A stretch of DNA of 64,000 nucleotides. It comes from Diplonema japonicum (Eukaryota; Protista; Euglenozoa: Diplonemea). Both the position numbers and the translations under genes were made by a program. The stretch is from contig OZ025701.1 of the NCBI GenBank assembly GCA_964019335.1, positions 310,001-374,000 of the forward strand, given 5' to 3'. The notes beneath the pieces were generated by a model, which saw only the letters and a program-made list of their open reading frames with translations, was not told the DNA's origin and did not search any database. Below, piece after piece: positions 22,990-34,874 of this stretch. Numbering within the stretch: the first letter of the stretch is position 1; every line of letters begins with the position of its first letter.

Positions 22990-23874
22990 CTTTATTTAAA
23001 CCACTGAACCCATATGTCAAATATATATACATGACATTAAAAAAAGAAAAAGAAAAAATCCACAGACCTTTTGTTCAAATTGTGATCTGCCATTCTCTTT
23101 TTTTTCTTTTTTTTTTTTGACGCCGTTGCGCGATTTTTTTCACTTTGTTTGGCTAAATGCCGCCCCTTTCAGCACTTTTTTATAAGAAATTGAAGAGTCC
23201 AAAATCCGGGAAAGTGGCAACGAGGAATACTCGACTCCACCTGAAGGGGAGCATCACCGTGATCTTCAGGAGCCCGAAACACCGACAAGTACCAGAAACT
23301 CACCGATAGGTCCCCCAGAGAACTTCTCCGTAAAAAGAACACTTTGGTTAAATGCTATTTTTTTTTCTTTTCTTTTTTCTTTTTTTTTTCAAAAATCGCC
23401 TCAAAAATGGACTTTTTTCGGTTTTTTAGCCTGTGGGCTTAGTTAAATTGTTTGTTGTTGTGTGATATAAAGATGGAAAATATAGGGAAAAAAAAGATGT
23501 CTTTGAAGGGAACCCGCAGTATGTGACAGGATCGCCTAGAAAAAATAGAGAGGTAAGTAGCACACGGCATTAGAATTCTTTTTTTGGTCGGGGAAAAAAA
23601 AAAAAGTGCAGAGTGCTCACTTGACCCCTAAGTTATAGACAACTCTCAAAGCCAGCCCCAAGTATTTTTTTTTTTTTTTTTTTTTAAAAATAGAATTCAC
23701 TATGAGGTTAGCAACGCCCCACCGCAGTAGCATGCCTACCCTTCTGGGAGCTTGGTTGCCGTAAGCCCGAAGCAAAAAGGTGGCGGAAGATCGCAGGGTT
23801 TCACATTCTTGCATCTTTTGCCTGCTTCTATGATGCCCCCTGCCGTCTTTTCGATTCTCCTCCCATTTTTGCAA

Positions 23875-23913
<39 letters not shown>

Positions 23914-24043
23914 AAATACTGGTTGCTCTTGCAAAGAATGAATTTCGCCAATAAAGAAAACCTCCCCCCGCCCATAATGAAGGCTTAGCACAAGATTTAC
24001 TTGTTGCAGCCGCCCTGCCCTAGAAAAAGGAAAAATTCTCGCA

Positions 24044-24074
<31 letters not shown>

Positions 24075-24831
24075 GAAAAATACAACGACCCTCTCATTGA
24101 TCCACTGCATCGTAGCCCCCTGCGACATCATATGGCCGGGGAAATCGGGAAAACAAAAAAAAAAAACCCCCCCTCTCTTTTTCTTTTCTTTTTTATTTTT
24201 TGAGAAGAAAAAAAAAAATCACATTGTTGTAAGAGTAAGATGACCCGCATTTTCTCTTTAATATTTTTCTCTCTCTTATGTTACTATACTTTTTCTTTTC
24301 AGGGTCCCGGCGGGGGGGGTACGGGCCTTGAGGGAGAAAAAAAAAAGGAGGGGAACTTCTCATCTTACTCTCCCCCGCCGGTAGCTCGGGAAAAAAAAAG
24401 GGGGGGGAGGCAGGGAAAGGAAGTAGTGATATGCTGGAGGGGGGAGTAAAGGGAGGGAAGAAAAGGAAATACTCTCCTCTTTCCCATGCGTTTCAGGGAT
24501 TTTTTTTTTTGTTTACAACTTAATCTTAACTTTCTTTTCCCGGAAAAAAAAAAAAAAAAAAAAAAAAAAAGAAAGGACCACCACCAACATGGAGAGCCCA
24601 CATCGGAGAAAACAGCAGCATTTTTACGCACAACCGATTGACCTCCTTGATCTCCTGAAAAATCTACCCCTGTGTACATATGGCGCATGGAGCGGGCAGC
24701 AGGGTATCCGCAAACCCGCTTCTTTTCTTTTCTTTTCTTTTTTTTTTTCCTTTTTTTTTTTTTTCCTTTTTTTATCCTTGTAATAAAAAATTCTCGCCCT
24801 TTCGTTCATGGGACGCGTAAATCTCGGCTCT

Positions 24832-27800
24832 CTATTTTTTTTTTTTTTTTTTTTTTTTGTTTCCCCCGAATTTTCTTCGAAAACACACCTCCAAATAATC
24901 ATTATTTGCCAGCCATGTTAAAAAGTGAGGGAATGTGACCCCCACGCCCATCGTTTCAGTGGGCGGTGGAATGCCAAGCCGCCCGCACATCCGCGCCACC
25001 CCGGAGCTCGTAATCTGCTGTGACCCGCCTTCTGAGAACATCGAATGGAGCGTTCTAGCACAAAAAAACGTAATCTTGTTCAAACAAGCATAGTACTCCA
25101 CCATGCTGATTGAGGGCACGGTACCAAGGAGCAGGGTCAGTTGCCTGGCCGATGCCCTCAGCGCCGAAGCGTGTTCACTAGCACCCCCTCTGCTGCCCTG
25201 CAAGGCATCGACAGCCTGCTTCGGGACACATTGGACATTAACATCTTGGAACGCACATGAATCTCTTAAGGCAAGTTTGAAACCTTCTTTACTAGTCACG
25301 CTCACTGCATTTATACTCAACACGAGGGACCCCTCCGTGACACCATTTTCAAAGGCCACTGAGTCCTCTTTCACTTTTGTCACCAGCGCTCCCATGTCTG
25401 TCTCGTGCCTCCTGTACGTTATGGTGCTGATGCCTAAAAACGGTTTCAGTTCTTTGAACTTCATGTTGTTGACCTGTACTTGCTTGCACCGCTCCTCGTG
25501 AGCCGGCAGCGCGTCCCTCACGAACTCCACGCCGCACATCGTGCAGGAGGTCATGCCCTTCTTGCACACTTCGTCGTGTTGGGTGTCGTCTCTAGTCACT
25601 TTGTCCCCACACGCAGCGCATGTCACTAGCGTCACTCCGCAGTCCATCTCCTTGTGTACGACAAGAGGTGTCCCTTTTAGCATCGCCCCGCAGTCCGGGC
25701 ACGATGTCCTGCTCTCGCACACTACGGTGTGTATCTTCATGTCGTCCTCGGGCAGCACGATGGGGCAGAATTCGCACTTCCTTGGAACAGACTTGCACAC
25801 GTCCTGCAAGTGGTCTGGCAACTCACCCGCGGTCATCCCCTGCTTGCAGTACTGGCAGAACGCAGGTCGTTCCCCGCATGTCTTCCCATGCTCTGCCCGT
25901 GCCGGGAACACTTTGTTGCAGTACTGGCACGACACAGGTTGGTTCTCGCAGACGAGCATGTGTGCCTCTTCGTCACTTGCTGTGAAGCTCTTGCCGCATT
26001 TGTTGTAGCACTCGATTACCCTCAGCGAGCAGTACCTGTTGGTGTGCAGGGACAGCATTGTCCATTTAATCGAAGTCTTGCACCCTAGAGGGCATGCCAC
26101 GAATCGCTCTGAGCACAGCTCTCCAGCAGGATGGCCCTCGAGCCCAACGGGGTCGCCACAGCTCGTGCACCGAACTGCGCGGAAGCGGCACACTTCTTGG
26201 CAGTGACGTGCCATGTCGCGTGTCATAACTGCCACCTCACATCCGTTGAAGCATGGACGCACCTCCAAAGGGCACGTCACGTGGAGACTGCCAGCAGCAT
26301 CGCCGCAGCCTAAGACTGTACACCTTTGGGCACATTCACCTTTATCCATTGCAGAACACGTAAGGGCGTGCGCCTCTAAACTGCTGCTCTCAACCACAGC
26401 ACCGCAGCCTTCCGGGCATGGTTTGGGGAGGTGCGCACATTTCTTGAGGTGAGCAAGAAGGCTGTACCGAGGAACTTCCACTTCACACGTAGGGTGCAGG
26501 CACATGATAGGCTTCATCTTGCAGACCTCGTCGTGGGTTGCCTGCGAACTGAAGGAAAGGATATCTCCACAGCCGTTCAGGCATGTGACTTGTCGGTGCA
26601 TACATATTTCCGCCAAATGAGCAGCCATGCTGCATCTTTTGACCATGAGGCCACACCCTTCATGGCATTCGATGTGCTCATTCCTGCACTCGCGGAGGTG
26701 TGCGTCCCACCTCACTAGAGGCACATTGGTACCGCATCCTAAAACGCAGTCGATCATGCCGCCTGCAAAGGACATGTTTGCACACACGATGCTGTGCACT
26801 TGCAACTGCCTCAGCGGGACAACCTCCCCACAGCCTAAGGGACACTCGATACTTCGCACCGAGCAGTCGCTGTGGTCTTCGTCGTACACGTTAACACCGC
26901 AACCTTTCTTGCACGGAGATGGCTTCTCTGCGCACCCGTTCCGGTGAGCTTGCATCTTGTGCGCGGCCACGACGCCCTCGCACCACAGGCACTGCAGCGC
27001 GCGCTTGTCGCAGTATTTGATGACGTGCTCAACGTACCTATTCCTTGGGAGGGACAGCCCGCAGCCCAGTTTGCATGGCACTAAGAAATTCTCACAAACG
27101 ACAGCGAAGTGAGCAGGAAGAGCACCACGTTCCACTGTCTCTCCGCACCCATAGGGACAGGGGTGAGCACCTTCGACAACACCACTGCAGTCGTGGAGTT
27201 CGTTGGGGCTGACCCAGTTCCCGCAGCCTGCTTTGCATGGGTACGACAGGTTGCCACAGCTCGACATGTGTTCTTGCATATTATAATCCGTCAGTTTGGC
27301 GCCGCAAGCGAGAGGGCACATCACCTTCTTCCCTTTGCACTTCCACATGTGTTCAGGAGTCTTTCTGGCAAGCACTTCTTCACCGCAATCCCCGCAAGTT
27401 ATCATTCTGTCTGCGCAAGACACCTCTTTGTGCATTGCTATCTTGCTGACTTGAACCACTTCGCTGCACTTCTCGCACTGTACCAACCTGTCCGGACACG
27501 CAAGCCCATGACTGGAATTCGTTAGCGTAGCACCGCATCCATTGGGGCAGCTCGACCCTGGCCATGGACAGGACACCATGTGGGTGACCATGAAGCTTGA
27601 CTCCATGACACCCTTGCAGGCATTGCATGCTCGTTGTGACTTAGGGCACAGTGATAAGGAGTGTCGGTGGGCATCTTCCCTACTTGGGAGAATGGCACCA
27701 CACCCGAGAAGGCAAGGCACTGCTGTGTTAGGGCATCGGGCATAGTGCTTAGGTAGCTCAGAAGCTGTGCAGAAGTAGCCGCAGTTGTACTGGCACGTTG

Positions 27801-30800
27801 CAATCCGGCCTACACACGTCTTCCATAAATGAAACTGCATCTTGATCCGCGGAACTGTTTCCTTGCATTGGTAACAAACCACCTCAGCTTGCTCGCAGAA
27901 TGGGAAGTGAGAGGCTACCGAAACACCCACAGCACCGCATCCCCAGATACATGGGGCTTTGTTGCCGCCCCTGGCGCAATGCGAGGCATGCTGGAGAAGG
28001 TTGCTTGCCACTATCACCTCGCCGCACTTATTGGGACACAAGATGTAGCGGTTCATACACGCATTCACATGGGGCACCAGTAGGTTGTATGGGAGGACAG
28101 CACCGCAGTCGAAGGAGCACGGCAGCACCACCTGAGAGCAGCTTGCGTTGTGAACCACTTGCTCGTTCAGCTTGAAAGCTTTGCCACACCCGTTCACACA
28201 GGTGTCGTATCGTGACCTGCATTTCGAAATGCAATGCTGGGGGAGGTCAGATAAATCTATGAATTCTCCGCAGTCGAGAGGGCACTCCAGTTTTCGGTTG
28301 CACTGCAAAACATGTTCTTTCAGATTGTTTGCGGGTATCACCTTTTCGCAACCAGAGGGACACAGTCTGTCACCACTGCCACACAAAAGGTAGTGCATTG
28401 TGTATTGCGAAGCTGCCACCAGCTCCGAGCAGGTCGTGCATTTCATGAGACGGTTTTTACAAAGCGTAACATGCTCTACTATTTCTGACTTCTTGAATTG
28501 CATGCCGCAGTTTCCACAAGGCTGCGTCCTGTTTGCGCACACCGAGCTGTGCTGTTGAAGCGTCTCCGCGCTGCTGCTGTAGCCACACGTGATGCAGCCG
28601 GTTATCCTATTCTTACAGCTGCTAGAGCAATGGATAAACAGGTTCTTCTTTGCTACTGTTGAACGGCACTTCTTAGGGCACGGTATTCGTGTCATGATGC
28701 AGGTCTCAAAGTGGACAGCCAGCCTCGTCGACGGCTCTAGCGACGTATCGAGTTCCTCGCTGCAGCCCTGTGGGCACGTCGCACCGATATTCTTGATCAG
28801 CCTGCATACGAGGAAGTGTGGTGTCAGATCGCCTTTGATGAACACGTTGCAAGCAGGGCAGTTGGTGCCCACGGAACAGTGGGCTTCAACATGTGAAGCC
28901 ATCTCCAGCAGAGGAACGAGGGTTCCGCACCCTTGAGGGCACTTTAAGGGCCGCATGTTGCAGATCTCCGCGTGCTCGGAACGTTTATGCATAAGAATCT
29001 TCTGTCCACACCCGTTCCCGCACACGACGACCCTTTTAATACAGTTGTCGTAGAGGTGATCACCTAGGGACAGCGCTGCAACAGACATCCCGCACTTGGC
29101 GGGGCATGGCACGGGCTGTGCAAGGCACCGTGAGACGTGAGAAAGCCGCTCTTGGATGTTCCCGAAGACAGCGCCGCACCCTGCAGGGCATTGCAACTCG
29201 TGCCGCTTCTCACAGTGATATGCAGTGTGCTGGCTCATTGAACTCCTAGCAATTTCTATGTTGCAGCCCAGTGGACACGGGATAGGAATCTCAGTACATG
29301 AGTTGAAGTGGTCGACTTCGCCGTCGATGAAGCAGTCGCACATGGGGCACAACTCGCCTGCGGTGCAACCCCGTTGGTGCTCGGCAAAGGCGTTCTGGGG
29401 AACAAGCTGCTTGCACCTGGGGCACGTTACAAGATGGGTGCAAAGGTGCTCGGGGTGCATTTCCGCGACTTCCCACGTAAAGTGAAGCAAAACAGCATCC
29501 TTGACATAAGGGCACTGTGCAGGGTACTGCGCGAGGAGGGTAAGAAGAGAAGCGGCGGATACTGCCGCGGCTATAGAGGTTTCACAGGACTGGCACACCT
29601 TGCTGGAGGACACAGCGGCACAGTATTCGCAAGGGGACTCGGCTAGCAGTGTGATCGACAATGGGGTCTGGCCTCCCGTCGTATCTCCCTGCGAATGGGT
29701 TTTGTTGAAAGCCTCCACACTTTCCCGGATGCTGAAGGGCCGTGGCTGTTCGGGGACCGCCTCTCTATCTCGCTTGTAGTAGTAACTGATAGCGACGAAG
29801 AACAAGAAGATACAACAATCGCCGATAACGAAGAAGTAGCTCCCTCGGGGAGGGCTTGAATTGACCCCGTCAACAACAATGGAAAGCCCCATGAAGATAG
29901 ACCCCAGCAGGATATGCCAAGTGTACGCAACGTGCATACTAATCATCAGAAGCAACAGCGAAGCGGAGCAAGTCCCTGTTCTGGTCATGTGCGTCATGGA
30001 ACTGTACTCCACACGAGGCGTCGAGTTCGAAGGAGCGGGGAACACATCGTAAAATGGCGTCCAATAATGTAAACTCATCCCCAGCCACCCAAGGCACATC
30101 ATGAACAGGAGGGTACAGAAGGGGAAGCCTGCCACGGTGCTGCTTTTCCGATGGTGCACAACAACAACACATGAAACACCGACAACCACTGCTGCAAAGC
30201 AGAGCGAAATGTAACCCAGAATTTTATATGAACCAAAACCGCCCATTGCACATGAATAAGCTACGGCAGCGACGGCGGTGAACAGAGATGAAAGCCCGGA
30301 TTCCCATTTCCGCGGAGTTGGCTTCGTAATGAAAAAGTAGAAAGCTGCCTGCAGCAACGTTATAAGAGAAGCGATGCATAGCAGCCCAGCAGCACGAAGA
30401 CGTGGGACGTGAACTGCAAATGCAGAAGAGATGGTTGTAGCAGCCCACAGAACGGCAGTGGTCGCGAATGCAACGGAGACCCGAATGTCAGGCTTGGTGT
30501 ACAATTGCTCGCAATCAACGGTTTCAATAACAGTTGTGGGATTGTTGGTGTCAGTTGTGGAACATAAAAGAAGAGGGTTGCTAGTAATGGTTGTTGTCAT
30601 TCCATTAGTCGTCGCCCCCTGAGACGACTCTAGCAACACGCGGCTCCTCAGTCGGGCCCCCATTACCCTCGTCCCGCTCAATGTCGTGTCCCCACTGCCA
30701 AAGCTTAACCCCTTCAGGGAACTCCTCACTGAAGAAAGCTGCTGCTTCTTCAAATACGTGTTGAGATGTGGTCCTTCCTCTGCATCATAAGATGCCGAGG

Positions 30801-30837
30801 ACAGACTCATGTCCATGGTTTGGTAGAAGAGATGCAA
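24832..30837 (-). CDS. Multi-TM protein with a very long TRAF-type zinc-finger array, PDZ-like and EF-hand-like C-terminus; further 3' exons probably extend to ~24570
   Basis: 2001-aa ORF with about 7 hydrophobic helices, then dozens of CPxGC..H...C repeats and a PDZ-like KPFLGI..GALVTKVKEDSVA..GVTEGSLVLSIN. Donor GAG|GTGTGT near 24888 is followed by an A-rich intron. Confidence 0.8.
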   Translation of the reverse strand: MHLFYQTMDMSLSSASYDAEEGPHLNTYLKKQQLSSVRSSLKGLSFGSGDTTLSGTRVMGARLRSRVLLESSQGATTNGMTTTITSNPLLLCSTTDTNNPTTVIETVDCEQLYTKPDIRVSVAFATTAVLWAATTISSAFAVHVPRLRAAGLLCIASLITLLQAAFYFFITKPTPRKWESGLSSLFTAVAAVAYSCAMGGFGSYKILGYISLCFAAVVVGVSCVVVVHHRKSSTVAGFPFCTLLFMMCLGWLGMSLHYWTPFYDVFPAPSNSTPRVEYSSMTHMTRTGTCSASLLLLMISMHVAYTWHILLGSIFMGLSIVVDGVNSSPPRGSYFFVIGDCCIFLFFVAISYYYKRDREAVPEQPRPFSIRESVEAFNKTHSQGDTTGGQTPLSITLLAESPCEYCAAVSSSKVCQSCETSIAAAVSAASLLTLLAQYPAQCPYVKDAVLLHFTWEVAEMHPEHLCTHLVTCPRCKQLVPQNAFAEHQRGCTAGELCPMCDCFIDGEVDHFNSCTEIPIPCPLGCNIEIARSSMSQHTAYHCEKRHELQCPAGCGAVFGNIQERLSHVSRCLAQPVPCPAKCGMSVAALSLGDHLYDNCIKRVVVCGNGCGQKILMHKRSEHAEICNMRPLKCPQGCGTLVPLLEMASHVEAHCSVGTNCPACNVFIKGDLTPHFLVCRLIKNIGATCPQGCSEELDTSLEPSTRLAVHFETCIMTRIPCPKKCRSTVAKKNLFIHCSSSCKNRITGCITCGYSSSAETLQQHSSVCANRTQPCGNCGMQFKKSEIVEHVTLCKNRLMKCTTCSELVAASQYTMHYLLCGSGDRLCPSGCEKVIPANNLKEHVLQCNRKLECPLDCGEFIDLSDLPQHCISKCRSRYDTCVNGCGKAFKLNEQVVHNASCSQVVLPCSFDCGAVLPYNLLVPHVNACMNRYILCPNKCGEVIVASNLLQHASHCARGGNKAPCIWGCGAVGVSVASHFPFCEQAEVVCYQCKETVPRIKMQFHLWKTCVGRIATCQYNCGYFCTASELPKHYARCPNTAVPCLLGCGAILPSREDAHRHSLSLCPKSQRACNACKGVMESSFMVTHMVSCPWPGSSCPNGCGATLTNSSHGLACPDRLVQCEKCSEVVQVSKIAMHKEVSCADRMITCGDCGEEVLARKTPEHMWKCKGKKVMCPLACGAKLTDYNMQEHMSSCGNLSYPCKAGCGNWVSPNELHDCSGVVEGAHPCPYGCGETVERGALPAHFAVVCENFLVPCKLGCGLSLPRNRYVEHVIKYCDKRALQCLWCEGVVAAHKMQAHRNGCAEKPSPCKKGCGVNVYDEDHSDCSVRSIECPLGCGEVVPLRQLQVHSIVCANMSFAGGMIDCVLGCGTNVPLVRWDAHLRECRNEHIECHEGCGLMVKRCSMAAHLAEICMHRQVTCLNGCGDILSFSSQATHDEVCKMKPIMCLHPTCEVEVPRYSLLAHLKKCAHLPKPCPEGCGAVVESSSLEAHALTCSAMDKGECAQRCTVLGCGDAAGSLHVTCPLEVRPCFNGCEVAVMTRDMARHCQEVCRFRAVRCTSCGDPVGLEGHPAGELCSERFVACPLGCKTSIKWTMLSLHTNRYCSLRVIECYNKCGKSFTASDEEAHMLVCENQPVSCQYCNKVFPARAEHGKTCGERPAFCQYCKQGMTAGELPDHLQDVCKSVPRKCEFCPIVLPEDDMKIHTVVCESRTSCPDCGAMLKGTPLVVHKEMDCGVTLVTCAACGDKVTRDDTQHDEVCKKGMTSCTMCGVEFVRDALPAHEERCKQVQVNNMKFKELKPFLGISTITYRRHETDMGALVTKVKEDSVAFENGVTEGSLVLSINAVSVTSKEGFKLALRDSCAFQDVNVQCVPKQAVDALQGSRGGASEHASALRASARQLTLLLGTVPSISMVEYYACLNKITFFCARTLHSMFSEGGSQQITSSGVARMCGRLGIPPPTETMGVGVTFPHFLTWLANNDYLEVCFRRKFGGNKKKKKKKK

Positions 30838-30884
30838 AAAAAAAAAAAAGAGGGGGGAGAGGGGAAACGTTAGTACTACGTTTC

Positions 30885-31084
30885 NNNNNNNNNNNNNNNN
30901 NNNNNNNNNNNNNNNNNNNNNNNNNNNNNNNNNNNNNNNNNNNNNNNNNNNNNNNNNNNNNNNNNNNNNNNNNNNNNNNNNNNNNNNNNNNNNNNNNNNN
31001 NNNNNNNNNNNNNNNNNNNNNNNNNNNNNNNNNNNNNNNNNNNNNNNNNNNNNNNNNNNNNNNNNNNNNNNNNNNNNNNNNNNN
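30885..31084. other. Assembly gap (200 N)
   Basis: Run of n in the sequence. Confidence 1.
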
Positions 31085-31445
31085 CCCTTTGAACGCGGCT
31101 CTTTAGGACGCCGCTACCGTTTGGACGGCAGAGTACTCTTACATTGTCCGATTGTGAACTTTTCTGTGTTTTGCACGGCATTTCTGATGAATATCTATCA
31201 TTTTCCCGAGGTTAGGATGGTAAGTTTGTTTTTGCAAATATTCAGGTACCAAACCGTGGTCACTGTTTTTCAAAAATACAGATAAAGTATTAACAAGTGC
31301 CCAGAAATGCTCTAATCCGGCGGATTTTGATTTTTTGGTTAATTTGGAGGGTATTGGGCGGTTTTTTTTACCTTAGGGGAAAAGAATTTAAAAAACTTTT
31401 TTTTTTCACGTTTAACCACGTTTTTTAGGACCATGTGACCCCCCC

Positions 31446-32445
31446 TAGGGCTATGCTGGCAGGAAACGTGGAAACGTTTCCGTTTCCGTTTCCGTTTCCA
31501 TGAAACGCGTTTCCATGGTTATGGAAACGGCTATGTATATTTCGGTAAACACACTGTTTAGAAGGTCCTTATTTATTTGGGGTTTTTGAAGATACTTACT
31601 TTTGGGGTTTTAGAAGGAAAGCGCACGTCGGTCTCTACAAAAACGAAAGTAAACATGGTCCAGAGAAAGCACCCCCTGGGAGGCGCTTGTGGGAGGAGGT
31701 TCAGGCGGAGGACGGGAAGAAGACAGTAAAATGTCGCTTCTGTGATATGGTCTTCACAGTAGCGTCAACCAGCAGACTCCGCGCCCACATGTTCCAAACA
31801 AAAGGCCAAGGAGTAGCGACGTGTGTCCCCAAAGGGGATAGTGTGGAGCCCCACAAGAAGCTGTTGGAGAAAGCGACAGCGGAGGCGAAGGCTGAGGCAG
31901 AGGGAACGAAGAAGCGTAAAGTGGAGAACAGGCCAATGACGCCATTTTTAACTGCTACAAGCACGCCAGACGACGTGGACAGGGCTGTTTCGGATTTCTT
32001 TCTCGAAACTGGGACCCCATTTTTGAGGGTCGAACATCGGTATGATGTTTATCTGTTTCGTATCCTCTCATATTTTCTGTTCACAGAACATTCAAGGCAC
32101 TGTTTGAGAAGGTGAAGCGCCTTCCGCTCGGGGCCACGTACGAGCTACCGGACAGGAAAGCTCTGAGCGGAAGGCTGGTTGACGACGCTGTTCAAAAAAT
32201 GGATGCCACAATCGCATCCTTCATCGAAACCCAGAAGATTTCCCCAGGGCCAACACTGGCCCCCTTTGTCTCGTATATTTCTTCCGAGTGGTTTGCCCCC
32301 AAAAAAATAAGTCTCTAAAACCCCCAAAATAAGGAAACGTTTCTGCCCCAAGGAAACGGCCCCAAAATAGGGAAACGTTTCCGTTTCCGTTTCCCTTTTT
32401 TTTCAAAAAATGCATGGAAACGCGTTCCATGCCAGCATAGCCCTA
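31446..32445 (+). mobile_element. Non-autonomous hAT transposon (deletion derivative)
   Basis: Perfect 16-bp TIRs TAGGGCTATGCTGGCA / TGCCAGCATAGCCCTA, subterminal GGAAAC/GTTTCC repeats at both ends, and the 5' part of a hAT transposase inside. TSD not readable. Confidence 0.85.
31655..32318 (+). pseudogene. Truncated hAT transposase (BED zinc finger + start of core); intron 32040-32086
   Basis: W..V......VKCRFC......STSRLRAH.......C is a BED finger. Splicing GTATGA..TCACAG gives PFLRVEHRTFKALF....YELPDRKALS, typical of hAT. The catalytic domain is absent and the ATG at 31655 is out of frame. Confidence 0.8.
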
Positions 32446-33223
32446 GGGGGGGGGGGGGGGGGGGGAGAGACACCTTTTTTCCCCCTTGGGAAGTGGTCAC
32501 AACACCCAAAAAAAAGGTCCCCCTTTCCCCCCCCCCCTTTTTTTTTGCCCTCTACTAAAGATAACTGGGTAGAATTCCTATTTTTTTTCTTCTTTCTTTT
32601 TCAAAAAATTAAAAAAAAAAAATGAAAAAAAAAATTTTTTTACTAATAATAATAAAACACCAAGGAATGGATGAGCAAAAAAAAAAATGGGGGGGGGGGC
32701 AGCAGAGAGACGAAATATAGCAAAAGTAGGAGTCGCACGCACAAAGAAGTATATTTTCGGTAATGATGGGAAAGGATATTAGTAACGCTGAAGGTACCCC
32801 TATCACATACTTTGAACTTGAAATTGTTCACTTTCACCACATCTTGCTTAAAAAGCCTCTCTTTACACACTACCCCATTTCCCTACCAGGCAATATTATC
32901 CAATAAATGGCGGTATTACACATAAGAGGTGCATAAGAAAGAAGAAGAAAGGGGAAGAAAAAAAAAAGAGAACACACTGCATGGGAGAGTTGTTTTTTTT
33001 TTTTTTTTTTCAAGTACAAGAATTCTTTTTTTTTCGCCCCCCTCTTTTTTGTTCTTTTTTCCTTTTCCCCCTTGATAAAAAAGAAAAAAAACTTTTATTA
33101 ACACGAAAAGAAGAAGAAGAAGAAGAAAAAAACTGTTTTTTTTGTTGTTGTTGTTTTTTTTTTTTCTTTTTTTTTTCCCCCCTACCTATCACCCCCCACC
33201 ACATTTTCTTTTTTGAAAAAAAA

Positions 33224-34813
33224 TCACTGTGTCTGATTGACGGATGGACGCTTTGGAGGGTGCTTAAAGGTAAGAAGAGATCGGGGCTTTTTAACCAACG
33301 GGGTTGAAGGAAAAACGGAAGCAGGTCTGTAAAAAAAAAAAAAAAAGATTTTTTTTTAAAAAAAAATATTTAACACACCGTTTCAATGTAGGCTGAGGGG
33401 GTGTGCGCGCCAGCGGGGTGGAGGGCAGCGAAGAAGCGGAGGAAGGACAGCGCTCTCCGCTTTTTTGCTCGGTTTTTTCATTTTCGCTGTCCTCCCCCAC
33501 GACGGGGACCCCAACAGGACGCCTCGGCGGCGGCGAGGGCTTTACACTACGCCGCTTCATACTCCTCAGAAACGAACCAAACCCCGAACTGGAGCCCTTA
33601 GACGCGGACCCAACAGAATGTTGAGAAGAAGCGTCATCATCAGGAATGCTCAAAGGGGTAACCGGTGTAGGAGGCGTACCATCAAGTAATACAACGGACG
33701 CTTCACGCTCACCAAAGGATTCTTCTTGATTGTAAAAATCAGGTTTCAACAACGGAGGCGGGGTACAGGCCTCACGCTCCCTTTTGGTCGTGTCCGACAA
33801 AATAGGCCCATCATGCATTTTCAACACTTGATTTTCCCCAATGTGAACAACGACAACGGTAATGTCATCGTGAACACTACGCCGATTTTTTCCAGCAGGC
33901 ATTTGTTTGATCATCCTCACGGAAACCCCCATAACGGCAGCGGCCTGTTCTACTGCAGATTCGATGAGCACTGTGGCGGGGTTATGGTGCCGTCTAGACG
34001 CGATTTCTACTATTTTTTGATTATCCAGCATGTTGTAAAGACCGTCTGACGCAATAATCAAAGTCTTGTCGTCATCGTGAATCGAATGCTTTGTCACTAT
34101 CGGCTCCGAGGTTATGTAGGGAACATGCAGCCGGTATGGTGGAAAAGAAAATTCAGGTATTTTCAGGTATGCATCGCCAAGAGCTCGTGTGACCATTAAT
34201 GAGCCAGCCACCCTGCGTGGGCCGGACTGTGTTGTTTTGATCGGCATTGGGTCAGTTGTGCGCCGTCTCACTTCATCGCATTCTAGTTTGTTGCCGCAGT
34301 CCTGGTCTGTTGAGAGTTCCCTTGCTTCGATTCGATTAGAATTTTGAGATTTTCGAGCCAGTACCGCGCGGCTGTCTCCGACACATCCTGTAATAACTTC
34401 TTCTGATGTTATAAGGCACACTATAGCGCAGGAACCACATGTTGCGTATTCCTTTGCGTGTTCTTTAATATACTCCTTATCGAGCTCATTCAATGTTGTC
34501 TTTAGAACCGATTCATAGGGTATGGGGTGCGGGTGTGCGTTTCTCGCGGTTTTGAAAATGCTGGTAACGGTTTTCTCGCAGAAAATGGAGCAGGTGGGGC
34601 CGCCATGGCCGTCGAGAACTGCGAAGAGGTGCACGTCTGGGTAGCTGACGTCGATTACGGACCTGTCCTCGTTTCTTGCGTTGGCATTCATGGAGTCAAT
34701 AGAGAACCCTTTTACTTTCGGTGGACACCGTGGGACAGATATCGGGGTCGGGCTGGGGGATGTACTATGGGATGCATTGCTCGGCTCGCTATCTATCGCT
34801 ACAAACTCTCGCT

Positions 34814-34845
<32 letters not shown>

Positions 34846-34874
34846 CCCGGCCATACCGTGTACGCCGATGGCAT
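33224..34874 (-). CDS. PP2C (PPM) protein phosphatase; intron 34812-34856 and another near 33327-33378; 3' end approximate
   Basis: NEDR, LFAVLDGHGG, VGDSRAVL, RVAGSLMVTRALGD, IIASDGL and HDDITVVV motifs are all intact. Confidence 0.9.

Noticed and set aside
31462-31530. GTTTCC/GGAAAC short repeats as a CRISPR- or telomere-like array
   Set aside because: No spacers; they are subterminal repeats of the hAT element and recur at its other end.
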